Positions 63,641 to 64,000 of a stretch of 64,000 bases of DNA are shown one piece after another (positions within the stretch are counted from its first letter, which is position 1; the number at the start of each line of letters is the position of its first letter). The notes beneath the pieces were generated by a model. It was not told where the DNA came from. It saw nothing but the letters and a program-made list of their open reading frames with translations, and searched no databases. This DNA is from Atractiella rhizophila (Eukaryota). The stretch spans positions 1 to 64,000 of the forward strand of contig MU271192.1 of the NCBI GenBank assembly GCA_021432655.1. Reading direction: 5' to 3'. Both the position numbers and the translations under genes were made by a program.

Positions 63641-64000
63641 GATACCCACCACATTTTCTTGTGCTGTACAACAGTCCATGCATCGAGATCCTTGGACAGG
63701 AGTTCACATGCCTAGATTCTCAGAGTCTCCAGATCCACTCCAGATCCGCCCAACGACACCAGATCAACCACCTCCAGCAACTTCGACACCTCCCCCTGTC
63801 ACCAGGCCTTCAAAAATTTATTCTACGAGTAGAGGACGACCTGTCGACAGATTTAGGACCCCAGAAGCACCTCAAAACAACGACGAAGGGTCAACAGATG
63901 AGCTTGGGATGTTGGTAAAGGAATGTGACATCCTCACTGAGCCAGAGACGATGGAATATGGCTATATGCTTGTCACAGAGCATGCCATGAATGCAGCAAC

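Noticed and set aside
63640..64000. Continuation of the Helitron to the window end
   Set aside because: RepHel similarity is not evident past ~63640 and no 5' TC terminus is seen.

Overview
Eukaryotic DNA, almost certainly from a basidiomycete fungus (short ~50-nt GT..AG introns, fungal TE families). It is a dense, nested transposon cluster with one 516-N assembly gap (6561-7076). Elements with resolved ends: a 7.6-kb CACTA/EnSpm-like (Transposase_21) element flanked by an unusual 7-bp duplication and inserted into the TIR of a hAT; two bounded hATs (one possibly intact); two Tad1-clade LINEs with (CAA)n tails and TSDs; two Helitrons with both ends; a MITE-like element; and two 114-bp solo LTRs carrying tRNA-like Pol III boxes in B-before-A order. 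Partial or decayed elements: two more hATs, two more LINE fragments, a third Helitron (3' end only), a PIF/Harbinger, a Gypsy and a CACTA fragment. Host genes are few: a four-finger C2H2 transcription factor split precisely by a Helitron, a GFA/Mss4-like gene and a frameshifted NmrA-like gene. There are also fragments of Chk2/Rad53-like, HMT1/ATM1-like ABC, ARID, F-box and lipoxygenase-like genes. All family calls come from motif recognition by eye, with no database search.
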